A stretch of DNA of 64,000 bases, from the UHGV virus genome UHGV-1378817; one strand, written 5' to 3'. Below the pieces are notes generated by a model that was not told the origin of the DNA, ran no database searches, and was given only the letters and a program-made list of their open reading frames with translations. Numbering within the stretch: position 1 is the stretch's first letter; each line of letters opens with the position of its first letter. This DNA is from a virus. The position numbers and the translations under genes are program-made. Shown one piece after another: positions 10,435 through 17,640 of the stretch.

Positions 10435-10704
10435 TTATCGAGGCACTCGGTGGATGATTCTAACAGTAACTGCATTTTCATTCATCAAGTATGCATCTAC
10501 ATCTCTGTAAATATAAAACTTCTGCTCACTATCAACAACACAAGCTACCGCCCCTTCAGAGTTGTCTTCAAAAAAGACCACCACTGCATCGCAGCTGAGT
10601 TCATGATATGACTCTCGAAGATTTACAGCCAGAGGATTGAAATCGTCACGAAAATCTACGGTATGGGTTGGATTTACACGCTCTACAATTTTAAGTGTAT
10701 ACAT
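10435..10704 (-). CDS. hypothetical protein
   Basis: ORF track 10435-10794 runs into tRNA-Pro; trimmed to ATG at 10704 (MYTLKIV...) with AAGGA SD. Confidence 0.4.
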   Translation of the reverse strand: MYTLKIVERVNPTHTVDFRDDFNPLAVNLRESYHELSCDAVVVFFEDNSEGAVACVVDSEQKFYIYRDVDAYLMNENAVTVRIIHRVPR

Positions 10705-10750
10705 TTTAAAGGTTCCTTTTGTTTGTATATGTTTAAAGTATAACTGAAAG

Positions 10751-10827
10751 TGGTCTCCACGGAGTGATTCGAACACTCGACCTCCTGATCCCAAATCAGG
10801 CGCTCTACCAAGCTGAGCTACGCGGAG
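10751..10827 (-). tRNA. tRNA-Pro (anticodon UGG)
   Basis: Cloverleaf read by hand: 7-bp acceptor, D arm GCTC/GAGC, anticodon arm CCTGA-TTTGGGA-TCAGG, T loop TTCGAAT, encoded CCA. Confidence 0.8.
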
Positions 10828-10838
10828 TATTTATTATT

Positions 10839-10913
10839 TGGTGGCCCTGGGTGGAATTGAACCACCGTCTGGCGATTATGAGTCGCTTGCTTGAACCTTC
10901 CAGCTACAGGGCC
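10839..10913 (-). tRNA. tRNA-Met or Ile2 (anticodon CAU)
   Basis: Acceptor GGCCCTG/CAGGGCC, anticodon arm GCGA-CTCATAA-TCGC, T loop TTCAATT, encoded CCA. Confidence 0.7.
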
Positions 10914-10914
10914 A

Positions 10915-10990
10915 TGGTGCTGATAGCAGGACTCGAACCTGCAACCTATTGATTACAAATCAATTGCACTACCAATTGTGCTACATCAGC
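10915..10990 (-). tRNA. tRNA-Thr (anticodon UGU)
   Basis: Acceptor GCTGATG, D arm GCAC/GTGC, anticodon arm ATTGA-TTTGTAA-TCAAT, T loop TTCGAGT, CCA. Confidence 0.75.
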
Positions 10991-10995
10991 AAAAA

Positions 10996-11094
10996 GGTGC
11001 TAGGTGATGGAATCGAACCACCTATGTATTCAACGACTACCTCGTCTATTTTCAGGATTAAAAATCCTCGCCCTTGCCAAAGGGCTTACCTAGC
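10996..11094 (-). tRNA. atypical long tRNA-like element (~99 nt; anticodon loop reads UUU with 4-bp stem; long extra arm)
   Basis: Acceptor GCTAGGT/ACCTAGC and canonical T arm GGTGG-TTCGATT-CCATC are clear; anticodon arm and a 30-nt variable region are non-canonical; 3' end ACC not CCA. Confidence 0.35.
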
Positions 11095-11192
11095 TCAGTA
11101 TGTTGACCATGTTGCTAGTCGGCGATGACGACTGTAACATTTGATAATCCGGTTCTGCTTCCGGCTTTCGCTTAATTACAAGGTCAACAATA

Positions 11193-11283
11193 TGGCTGAG
11201 GGTAATGGAATCGAACCATCATCGAGTCATCCTCAACGGGACGGTTTTCAAGACCGCTTGAGCACCATTGCTCCCTACCCTCA
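11193..11283 (-). tRNA. tRNA-Ser (anticodon UGA), type II
   Basis: Acceptor TGAGGGT/ACCCTCA, 3-bp D stem, anticodon arm GCGGT-CTTGAAA-ACCGT, long variable arm, T loop TTCGATT, CCA. Confidence 0.75.
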
Positions 11284-11397
11284 TTTATAAACAATACTGA
11301 TAATGACACTGATTTTCGAGCAGTTAGTGACTAGTATAAACGACGATAAATATCAATGCCATTATCTGTATGATTTATGCATTTAAAACTATAAATT

Positions 11398-11484
11398 TGG
11401 TGGGGAGTGGTGGAGTCGAACCACCCGAGTCGCAATGACAATAGATTTACAGTCTACACCGCTACCTCTACGGGATAACTCCCC
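11398..11484 (-). tRNA. tRNA-Tyr (anticodon GUA), type II
   Basis: Acceptor GGGGAGT/ACTCCCC, anticodon arm GTAGA-CTGTAAA-TCTAT, variable arm, T loop TTCGACT, CCA. Confidence 0.75.
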
Positions 11485-11488
11485 AATT

Positions 11489-11563
11489 TGGCACCCCGTA
11501 CTGGACTCGAACCAGTGTCAACGGCTTAGAAGGCCGCTGCTTTATCCACTAAGCTAACAGGGC
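11489..11563 (-). tRNA. tRNA-Arg (anticodon UCU)
   Basis: Acceptor GCCCTGT/ACGGGGT (two G-U pairs), D arm GCTT/AAGC, anticodon arm GCGGC-CTTCTAA-GCCGT, T arm ACTGG-TTCGAGT-CCAGT, CCA. Confidence 0.7.
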
Positions 11564-11659
11564 ACTGGGTGGCTTTCTTTTACACCTTAGCCGCCAGAAA
11601 AGGTGGGAGACCATGTTTACAATATTACACTGTTAAGCAAAGTTTGTCAAGAAAATATT

Positions 11660-11998
11660 TTAGCTATTGCCAACAGGTTGTATTTCTGTGGTAAATGGCA
11701 TAAAAGGTGCTGGTTTTTCAGCCTCTTCTACTACCACCTCTTCCTCTTCACCAAACATCTCATCATATTCTTCCTGCATTCGGTCTGCCTTATCAAGAAC
11801 ATACTCTGCAATGCTTTGACGAATATTTTGTTTGGTTTTCGGGTCCAACATCAGCTCTCTTAAAACTTTGTGAGCTTCTGGAACCATCGCTATAAAAGAT
11901 TCCTTCATATCAAGGATGTTCTTCTCTAGCTGAATGGCGTTGGACTCCTCTTTCAGAGGTCTGCCTCTACGGCGACGCTTTTTAGTTGTATCCGCCAT
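11660..11998 (-). CDS. small basic/acidic DNA-binding-like protein (AT-hook-like KKRRRRGRP motif)
   Basis: ORF track 11660-12151 trimmed to ATG at 11998 (MADTTKKRRRRGRPLKEES...) with GGAGG SD; acidic C-terminal tail. Confidence 0.45.
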   Translation of the reverse strand: MADTTKKRRRRGRPLKEESNAIQLEKNILDMKESFIAMVPEAHKVLRELMLDPKTKQNIRQSIAEYVLDKADRMQEEYDEMFGEEEEVVVEEAEKPAPFMPFTTEIQPVGNS

Positions 11999-12009
11999 GT
12001 TTCCTCCAT

Positions 12010-12021
12010 TATCACGTGATA
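12010..12021. promoter_or_regulatory. 12-bp perfect palindrome TATCACGTGATA just upstream of AT-hook-like gene
   Basis: Perfect dyad 12 nt upstream of the SD of the 11660-11998 gene. Confidence 0.35.
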
Positions 12022-12039
12022 GGTGGATTTTATCATAGC

Positions 12040-12260
12040 AAATACTGATTGTCAAGTTCGCCGCAGGGTGGTATTCCCTGCGACTTGCCCAGCGTCCTGG
12101 ACCAGCAAGACCCAACAAGTGGGTTTTCCAGCTATACCCATTACCGCACACAGGCTCGACCTTATTACAGGTTGGCTGGGGTCACATCGTCATGTGCTGG
12201 CTGCCCCTACCATTTTAAGTGTGGTGCACTATCAAGCCCTCTAAGGGGAACTCAGCCTTC
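12040..12260. other. GC-rich ORF-poor structured segment (candidate ncRNA)
   Basis: Local GC visibly well above flanks; several perfect hairpins (CGCAGGG-tggtatt-CCCTGCG; ACCCA-acaag-TGGGT; CACA-tcgtca-TGTG); only short multi-frame ORFs without SD. Confidence 0.3.
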
Positions 12261-12346
12261 TCCGAACCCTGTTTCAAAGCATCCGGAGATAAAGCCATCA
12301 AATTCATCTTTAAATTGGATATTCATCATAATACACGAAAACAACC

Positions 12347-12589
12347 TCATTGTAAAGCACAAATAAATAAAACATACTTAATTTGTTTGTTATCAGGCTC
12401 AGGGTAGAAGTAGAAGATCTTGCTATCACCGATCTGAACACCACCATCCCAACAGCATAGCCCATAACCCGTATTCATACAAGCTAAGTCGTTGGCAAAA
12501 TCTATTGCATCATCCAGTGCACGAAATTCACCTTCATCTTCTAAATAATCCTCATTCATGGAACGAAAAACGAGCTTAACCTTAAACAT
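12347..12589 (-). CDS. hypothetical protein
   Basis: 80 aa ORF, co-oriented with neighbours. Confidence 0.4.
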   Translation of the reverse strand: MFKVKLVFRSMNEDYLEDEGEFRALDDAIDFANDLACMNTGYGLCCWDGGVQIGDSKIFYFYPEPDNKQIKYVLFICALQ

Positions 12590-12665
12590 AGCATTACCTG
12601 TAGACCTCGTAAGTTAAAATTGTATCACATCATATTGCAGATCTTATCAGGTAACATTATTTTTG

Positions 12666-12875
12666 TCAACAGATTCCGGCCTTATCTCGCCTGTCTGCGT
12701 ATTCTTTAATCGCAACCTCCTCGGCATGGGTGACTAAATCTTCAAAGTAACTCTCAAGCTCCTCGTCAATGTCAGGAAACCAACTCTTTTTCCTGTCAGT
12801 GTGAATCGCAGACTTGTTGAATTTATTACAGTTCTTTGCTACCGGATTGTTCATTAATCGCCCCTCAGCGTTCAT
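12666..12875 (-). CDS. hypothetical protein
   Basis: 69 aa ORF; overlaps upstream gene by 11 nt. Confidence 0.35.
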   Translation of the reverse strand: MNAEGRLMNNPVAKNCNKFNKSAIHTDRKKSWFPDIDEELESYFEDLVTHAEEVAIKEYADRRDKAGIC

Positions 12876-13443
12876 AGTAAATCTTATTTAACATTACCTC
12901 ATCCTTTGCAGAGAGAATACCGAGATATGCATCACCGAACCTACCTGCAACAACCTCTACATGATACATAACTTCGTTAATATCGTCAAGAGTGATAACT
13001 GGATGACCGTATCTCTCTGAGTATTGTCTCAGAGTGCGATGTAGGGAATCATCATCGTAGGCAGACTTTTTAATATCACAAACACGACGAATAGCCTTGA
13101 TGTCGAAAAACCCTGTGCGATACCAACCAAGAAAAAGGTTTCGTACAGTGTCAACACCTACATCAACACCGTCAAGAACCTTATCTACAAGATAGCTGTC
13201 ATCCTTTGGACCTGCTTCCTTAGTTCGAATGTAGTTGCCATCTTTTCCAGGTGACAGCTCCTTCTCATCACCAACCTGAATGCCATCATTTGGCGGTGTT
13301 AACCACTTATCCGGATGCTTACGATCACGAGCGTTAGAATGATTACGCTGGAAACCTGGCTTCCACTTGAAAGTTTTCTCCATCTGTTCTTCATTCTGAT
13401 AACGTTTTGCAATCTTTTCACGGTCATCTTTGCGTGGACTCAT
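12865..13443 (-). CDS. hypothetical protein
   Basis: 192 aa ORF with complex composition; first gene downstream of GC-rich segment. Confidence 0.45.
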   Translation of the reverse strand: MSPRKDDREKIAKRYQNEEQMEKTFKWKPGFQRNHSNARDRKHPDKWLTPPNDGIQVGDEKELSPGKDGNYIRTKEAGPKDDSYLVDKVLDGVDVGVDTVRNLFLGWYRTGFFDIKAIRRVCDIKKSAYDDDSLHRTLRQYSERYGHPVITLDDINEVMYHVEVVAGRFGDAYLGILSAKDEVMLNKIYYER

Positions 13444-13559
13444 AACTACCTCCTCTTCAAGTTATAGAAAAACTCACTGTATCGCTTTGTAACGAGCTTT
13501 TCTATCAAACTGGTGCGATTGCCTTACCTGGTATAGTTTATATAGCTGTGGAGCGATTT

Positions 13560-13810
13560 AGGTGCCTTCTTGTCCGTTTCCACACATAAACTTCATCCAA
13601 GCTCGCGCGGGAGACTCTCAACCGACTCCTTACGGCGCTGGCAAGCTTTCGTCGGTGGTCCACATCAGTGCTCGGCCTTTGGCCTGCGCTATCGCTTCGC
13701 TCCCACACATGTTAACAGACCTGCATGTATGCACTTCTGTTATTGTGTGCACCAGGGAGGCCCGGCATCTCGCCCCTCGTAGGCGAGTGCCAATGAAGGG
13801 CCGACACTAC
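13560..13810. other. GC-rich ORF-poor structured segment (candidate ncRNA)
   Basis: About 250 bp of high GC in an AT-rich genome; hairpins such as GGCC-ttt-GGCC and CGCC-cctcgtag-GCG; the two ORFs called here overlap in different frames and lack SD. Confidence 0.3.
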
Positions 13811-13947
13811 CCATAGTAAGTAATAAATTTAAAACATGGTACTTAGGATCTAGTATATTCTACATAAGTTAAGTATATGTACTTAGTACCATAAGTACTA
13901 GATCTTTTATTTTTTATTATTTAGTTATTTTAGTTATATTCTTTATG

Positions 13948-14028
13948 TGTCCGTATCACGGACAGTTAGTGTCCGTATTACGGGCAGATGTGTCCGCGTG
14001 ACGGACAGTAGTGTCCGTATCACGGACA
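13948..14028. promoter_or_regulatory. array of four 17-bp palindromic operator-like sites (TGTCCGT-N3-ACGGACA)
   Basis: Sites at 13948-13964, 13970-13986, 13991-14007, 14012-14028; 21-22 bp centre-to-centre; sites 1 and 4 identical. Confidence 0.5.
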
Positions 14029-14103
14029 GTTACTAACCTCTGTTCCATAGCGAACATAAAACATACGAATCCTTATAGTACAGATATTTAAGTTTTTACT
14101 GGT

Positions 14104-14454
14104 CTAACCAGTTGTTGACATTCGAATAACCTCTTCTGGTGGCAAAACTTTGGAAAATGTGCATCTTTTACCTCTCCCTTGTGTGGATATTTCAACCACT
14201 CCTGCACATTCTAAAGTTTTAACGCACGCTGCTGCTTTTGTTTTCTTTATCCCAACATCTGCTGCAATTTTCCTTGTGCTGGGTGTGAAGCGTGAACTTC
14301 CTCCAAGCTTATACCAGTTGTGCAGGTAGCAGTATACGATCTTGTCATACAAGTCAAGAACAACAACCTCCCCAGTTGTGTCATTCAAAACTTTTGACAT
14401 AGACAGTATTTCAAGGGGGACTTTAAGATATAGCAGCTTATCCCCATCTTTCAT
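14104..14454 (-). CDS. hypothetical protein (possible DNA-binding protein)
   Basis: 116 aa basic ORF immediately upstream (on minus strand) of the palindrome array. Confidence 0.4.
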   Translation of the reverse strand: MKDGDKLLYLKVPLEILSMSKVLNDTTGEVVVLDLYDKIVYCYLHNWYKLGGSSRFTPSTRKIAADVGIKKTKAAACVKTLECAGVVEISTQGRGKRCTFSKVLPPEEVIRMSTTG

Positions 14455-14501
14455 ATCTCCTGATTCTCCTTGTGTGGCAATTTTCTTTAAAATAGCAGGG
14501 A

Positions 14502-15056
14502 TTACTCCCCGCTGTCAATAGCAAGACTCATTGCAATACTGTATGCCTCTTCTAATGGTAAGAGTCTACCCCACACATCCCAACCGACATCAAACTGCCT
14601 GCCAAACAACTGTTGTGTGGTTCCGTGAGCATGACCGAACAGTTGTACTGATCCGTGAGGCTTTCTGTTCCACTTTGCAAACTGGTAATGGCTCATACAG
14701 ATCAAATTCTTGTTGTGGCGAAGCTCGTAATAATCTACAACCTCATGATAGAACTCTTTCATAATTCTGACAGTCGTCCTTGTGTCATGGTTGCCACGAA
14801 CAAGAATAATATGTCCGTTCAACATATTTAGAATATCTGGAAGTAAGTTGTTGATATTTTTATCAGTAGTGCACGCAATATCTCCCAAGTGGAACACAGT
14901 GTCTGCAGGTGACACAACAGAGTTCCACTCGGCGATGATTCCCGCATTCATACTGTCAAGATTGTGATCATACTGAGATCTGTGTTTTTGACATGAATCA
15001 AACTCCATGACCCGCTGGTGGAGAAAGTGTGTGTCGCTTGTTACAAAGTATTTCAT
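14502..15056 (-). CDS. calcineurin-like metallophosphoesterase (candidate 2',3'-phosphatase/phosphoesterase)
   Basis: ORF track trimmed to ATG 15056 (MKYFVTSDTHF...) with GAGGA SD; motifs SDTHF (D-x-H), LGDIA (GD), GNHD, GHAHG. Confidence 0.7.
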   Translation of the reverse strand: MKYFVTSDTHFLHQRVMEFDSCQKHRSQYDHNLDSMNAGIIAEWNSVVSPADTVFHLGDIACTTDKNINNLLPDILNMLNGHIILVRGNHDTRTTVRIMKEFYHEVVDYYELRHNKNLICMSHYQFAKWNRKPHGSVQLFGHAHGTTQQLFGRQFDVGWDVWGRLLPLEEAYSIAMSLAIDSGE

Positions 15057-15063
15057 ACATTCC

Positions 15064-15474
15064 TCATTTAAGTTTAATGCAGTTTTTAAGCTGGCGTTCC
15101 ATACGATCCACAACCCTGTCTGGAACATCATGAATGCTTTTATTACCGTGTCGGTTTTCAACCACGATTACGGTATAATTATACCCATGGCTGATTGCCA
15201 TGTCAACATATTCTTGCACATGTTTTTCTTTTGTAAACGTATTACTTACCACGATACGGTCGTATCCCATACGCATCATATCTTCTACGTTATCTTTGCA
15301 CCATTTTGCTGCAAGTGTTACTTTACTTGCATCCCAGTTGTAATTGCCGTCATCGTCGTACCAGAACATGTCGTTCTCAAAATGTGGATACAGACCTTCT
15401 AAAGATAGCGCATTTGCCAGTGTTGATTTGCCAGACCCTGGTAGACCACGCACGATATATAGCATTTTAGACAT
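15064..15474 (-). CDS. polynucleotide kinase-like P-loop kinase
   Basis: Trimmed to ATG 15474 (MSKMLYIV...) with GGAGG SD; Walker A GLPGSGKST; layout resembles T4 Pnk kinase domain (IVVSNTF..., VPDRVVDRM). Confidence 0.6.
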   Translation of the reverse strand: MSKMLYIVRGLPGSGKSTLANALSLEGLYPHFENDMFWYDDDGNYNWDASKVTLAAKWCKDNVEDMMRMGYDRIVVSNTFTKEKHVQEYVDMAISHGYNYTVIVVENRHGNKSIHDVPDRVVDRMERQLKNCIKLK

Positions 15475-15592
15475 AGTAATCCTCCGTTTTAATTTCAAAG
15501 ATAGTATACCTAACTGTTTTGTTAATTTCAAGTGTTGACACTAGGTTATTTGTGTGGCAGGATAGACTGACAAAATGACAAATGAGGAACGT

Positions 15593-16510
15593 ATGATGAA
15601 GTATTTTAATGCAGACGACCTAGTTGACAAAGGTCTTGTAACCAGTAGATATTACCCAGATCTTGGGTTAAAGATCTATAAATACGCCAGAAAAGTATTT
15701 TACAACAATTTATGGCATTTGTCCCCTCGTTTACTGGAGTGCCGAGGCATTGTTGTCGGTAATGAAGGAAATGTTGTGGCATGGCCCTTCACAAAAGTGT
15801 TTAACTTGGGAGAAAACTCCACCAACCTGCCTGACAATAAGCTTGTGACGGCGGTAGAGAAAAAGAACGGATTCCTTGGTGTGGTATCATCTCATAAAGG
15901 TGAACTATTGTTCTCAACAACCGGATCTCTTGATTCTCCATATTGTAACCTTGCAAAGGAAACCATCCAGGAGCAATGCGGTAATTTAGATCTTATCAAG
16001 AAGGTTATGGGCAATGAAAACATGACATTCATGTTTGAAATTTGTCACCCTTCAGATCCGCATATTGTTCAGGAAGATCATGGCGCATATTTGATAGGTT
16101 GCAGGTATAATGATTCTGGAATAATGCTACCAGAGGCAGCTTTAGATGGGATTGCCAAATACCTTGGTGCAAAACGTCCTCACACTGTGCGTGAAATTCC
16201 GTTCAGCTATGCAAAAGAATTGGCTGCAGAAACAAGAGGTGAAGGGTATATGATTCGTAAGCCTTACTATCCTTATGATCTGCAGCTGAAGATCAAGTCT
16301 CCATACTATCTGGCACGGAAGGCCGTAATGAGGGGTAAAGCTTGGAAGATTTGGGATGATGATATCTTTAAACGTGTTGACGAAGAGTTTTACGGCATGG
16401 TAAACTTCATTCGCAACAACTACACAGAGGATGTATGGAACTGCCTCCTGGAGCAGGAACGCCGTGAGATACTTGACTACTATTTCCACAACGAGGACTA
16501 TATGCAATGA
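15593..16510 (+). CDS. RNA ligase-like nucleotidyltransferase
   Basis: Motif I K-x-N-G (EKKNGFLG), motif IV EGYMIRK, motif V LKIKSP; start moved to ATG 15593 with GAGGA SD; divergent from kinase/phosphatase pair. Confidence 0.55.
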   Translation: MMKYFNADDLVDKGLVTSRYYPDLGLKIYKYARKVFYNNLWHLSPRLLECRGIVVGNEGNVVAWPFTKVFNLGENSTNLPDNKLVTAVEKKNGFLGVVSSHKGELLFSTTGSLDSPYCNLAKETIQEQCGNLDLIKKVMGNENMTFMFEICHPSDPHIVQEDHGAYLIGCRYNDSGIMLPEAALDGIAKYLGAKRPHTVREIPFSYAKELAAETRGEGYMIRKPYYPYDLQLKIKSPYYLARKAVMRGKAWKIWDDDIFKRVDEEFYGMVNFIRNNYTEDVWNCLLEQERREILDYYFHNEDYMQ

Positions 16511-16857
16511 AGAAGTTGATTGTGTGGCTGGATGACTTGAGAGACCCGTCAAATTATGGGCTCCCAGACGCTATTTGGCTAAAGAATTCCTCCGAGTTTA
16601 TGGATTTTATTAACGATAATAGAAAGCTCTACAGACGCGTTTCTGAGTGGCATATGGACAACGACCTTGGAGAGGTATTAGAAGGGTACGATTGTCTATC
16701 TATGTTGGAGGAAAAATTTGTATTTGGTAAGCCTCCTGTAGTTGACAACGTGAAGATTTTCGTGCATACTTCTAACCCATCAGCTGCTCGTAAATTCATG
16801 CTTGCAGCTGACTCGTTTAAAAAGTTTGGAATAGAGATTAAACAAAACATCTACTGA
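16507..16857 (+). CDS. hypothetical protein
   Basis: 116 aa; ATGA start/stop overlap with RNA ligase gene; N-terminus MKKLIVWLDDLRDP. Confidence 0.45.
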   Translation: MKKLIVWLDDLRDPSNYGLPDAIWLKNSSEFMDFINDNRKLYRRVSEWHMDNDLGEVLEGYDCLSMLEEKFVFGKPPVVDNVKIFVHTSNPSAARKFMLAADSFKKFGIEIKQNIY

Positions 16858-16865
16858 GGACACTT

Positions 16866-17627
16866 ATGCGACGACTTATTATTATCTCCGGTGCTGGTTT
16901 GAGCGCTGAATCTGGTATTCCCACTTTCCGATCTGGTAGCACTGCAATGTGGGAGAATTTCAGCATCGATGAGGTGTGCAACATCCACACCTTTGCCAAG
17001 AACTACTATAAGGTGCATGACTTTTACAATGCACGTCGTGTAGCTCTAGGCAGTGTTGAGCCTAACCTTGCACATCTTCGGATCGCTGAGTGGTATTCCC
17101 GCTGGTCTGGTCGTGTGATCAACCTTACCACCAATGTAGATGATTTGCTGGAGCGTGCTGGTGTAAAACATGAAGATATTTTACATGTCCACGGGTATTT
17201 GCCAGAAATAGTCTATGAGGACGATGAAGGAAGTGACGTCATTAAGGACATTGGATACTCTGAGGTAGACGCAGGAAAGTATACCTGGGTTAAGCCTAAT
17301 GTGGTGTTCTTCGGAGAAGTAGCTCCGAAGTATACAGACATGTATGACCTGTTGACTTCTCTTACGAGCAATGATATGGTTATCCTTGTAGGGTGCTCCA
17401 ACACAGTTATCAATTTTAACTGGGAGCTATTCCCTGCCTGCAATAAGGGAACAAAACTGCTGATCGTTAACAAATACGACTCACAGCAGCTAGGGGAGAA
17501 TGGCATTTCACGTAGTGATATTTACCAATATGAGGATCGCGGCATCCCAGTTTGGTTTAACGGGGCGGTTGATGCTTTCTCTGATAAAACATTCATTGAG
17601 ACCGTAGAAAACTTTATGGAACTTTAA
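16866..17627 (+). CDS. Sir2-family NAD-dependent deacylase/ADP-ribosyltransferase
   Basis: Sirtuin motifs GAGLSAESGIPTFR, TTNVDDLLERAG, catalytic HG (LHVHGY), VILVGCSNTV; no CxxC zinc module seen. Confidence 0.75.
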   Translation: MRRLIIISGAGLSAESGIPTFRSGSTAMWENFSIDEVCNIHTFAKNYYKVHDFYNARRVALGSVEPNLAHLRIAEWYSRWSGRVINLTTNVDDLLERAGVKHEDILHVHGYLPEIVYEDDEGSDVIKDIGYSEVDAGKYTWVKPNVVFFGEVAPKYTDMYDLLTSLTSNDMVILVGCSNTVINFNWELFPACNKGTKLLIVNKYDSQQLGENGISRSDIYQYEDRGIPVWFNGAVDAFSDKTFIETVENFMEL

Positions 17628-17640
17628 AAGGAGACCTTTA

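Noticed and set aside
10705-10794. 5' extension of ORF 10435-10794 (MGSGGRVFESLRGDHF...)
   Set aside because: The extension is a translation of the tRNA-Pro gene; the CDS was trimmed to the internal ATG with SD
13562-13816. Two overlapping plus-strand ORFs (84 and 70 aa) inside the GC-rich segment
   Set aside because: Different frames over the same DNA, no SD, Arg/Pro/Ala/Cys-rich composition typical of translated GC-rich non-coding sequence; treated as a candidate structured RNA region instead
13948-14028. Possible CRISPR array (four similar repeats at regular spacing)
   Set aside because: The units are palindromic 17-mers separated by only 4-5 bp, with no unique spacers and no cas genes; read as an operator-type protein-binding array
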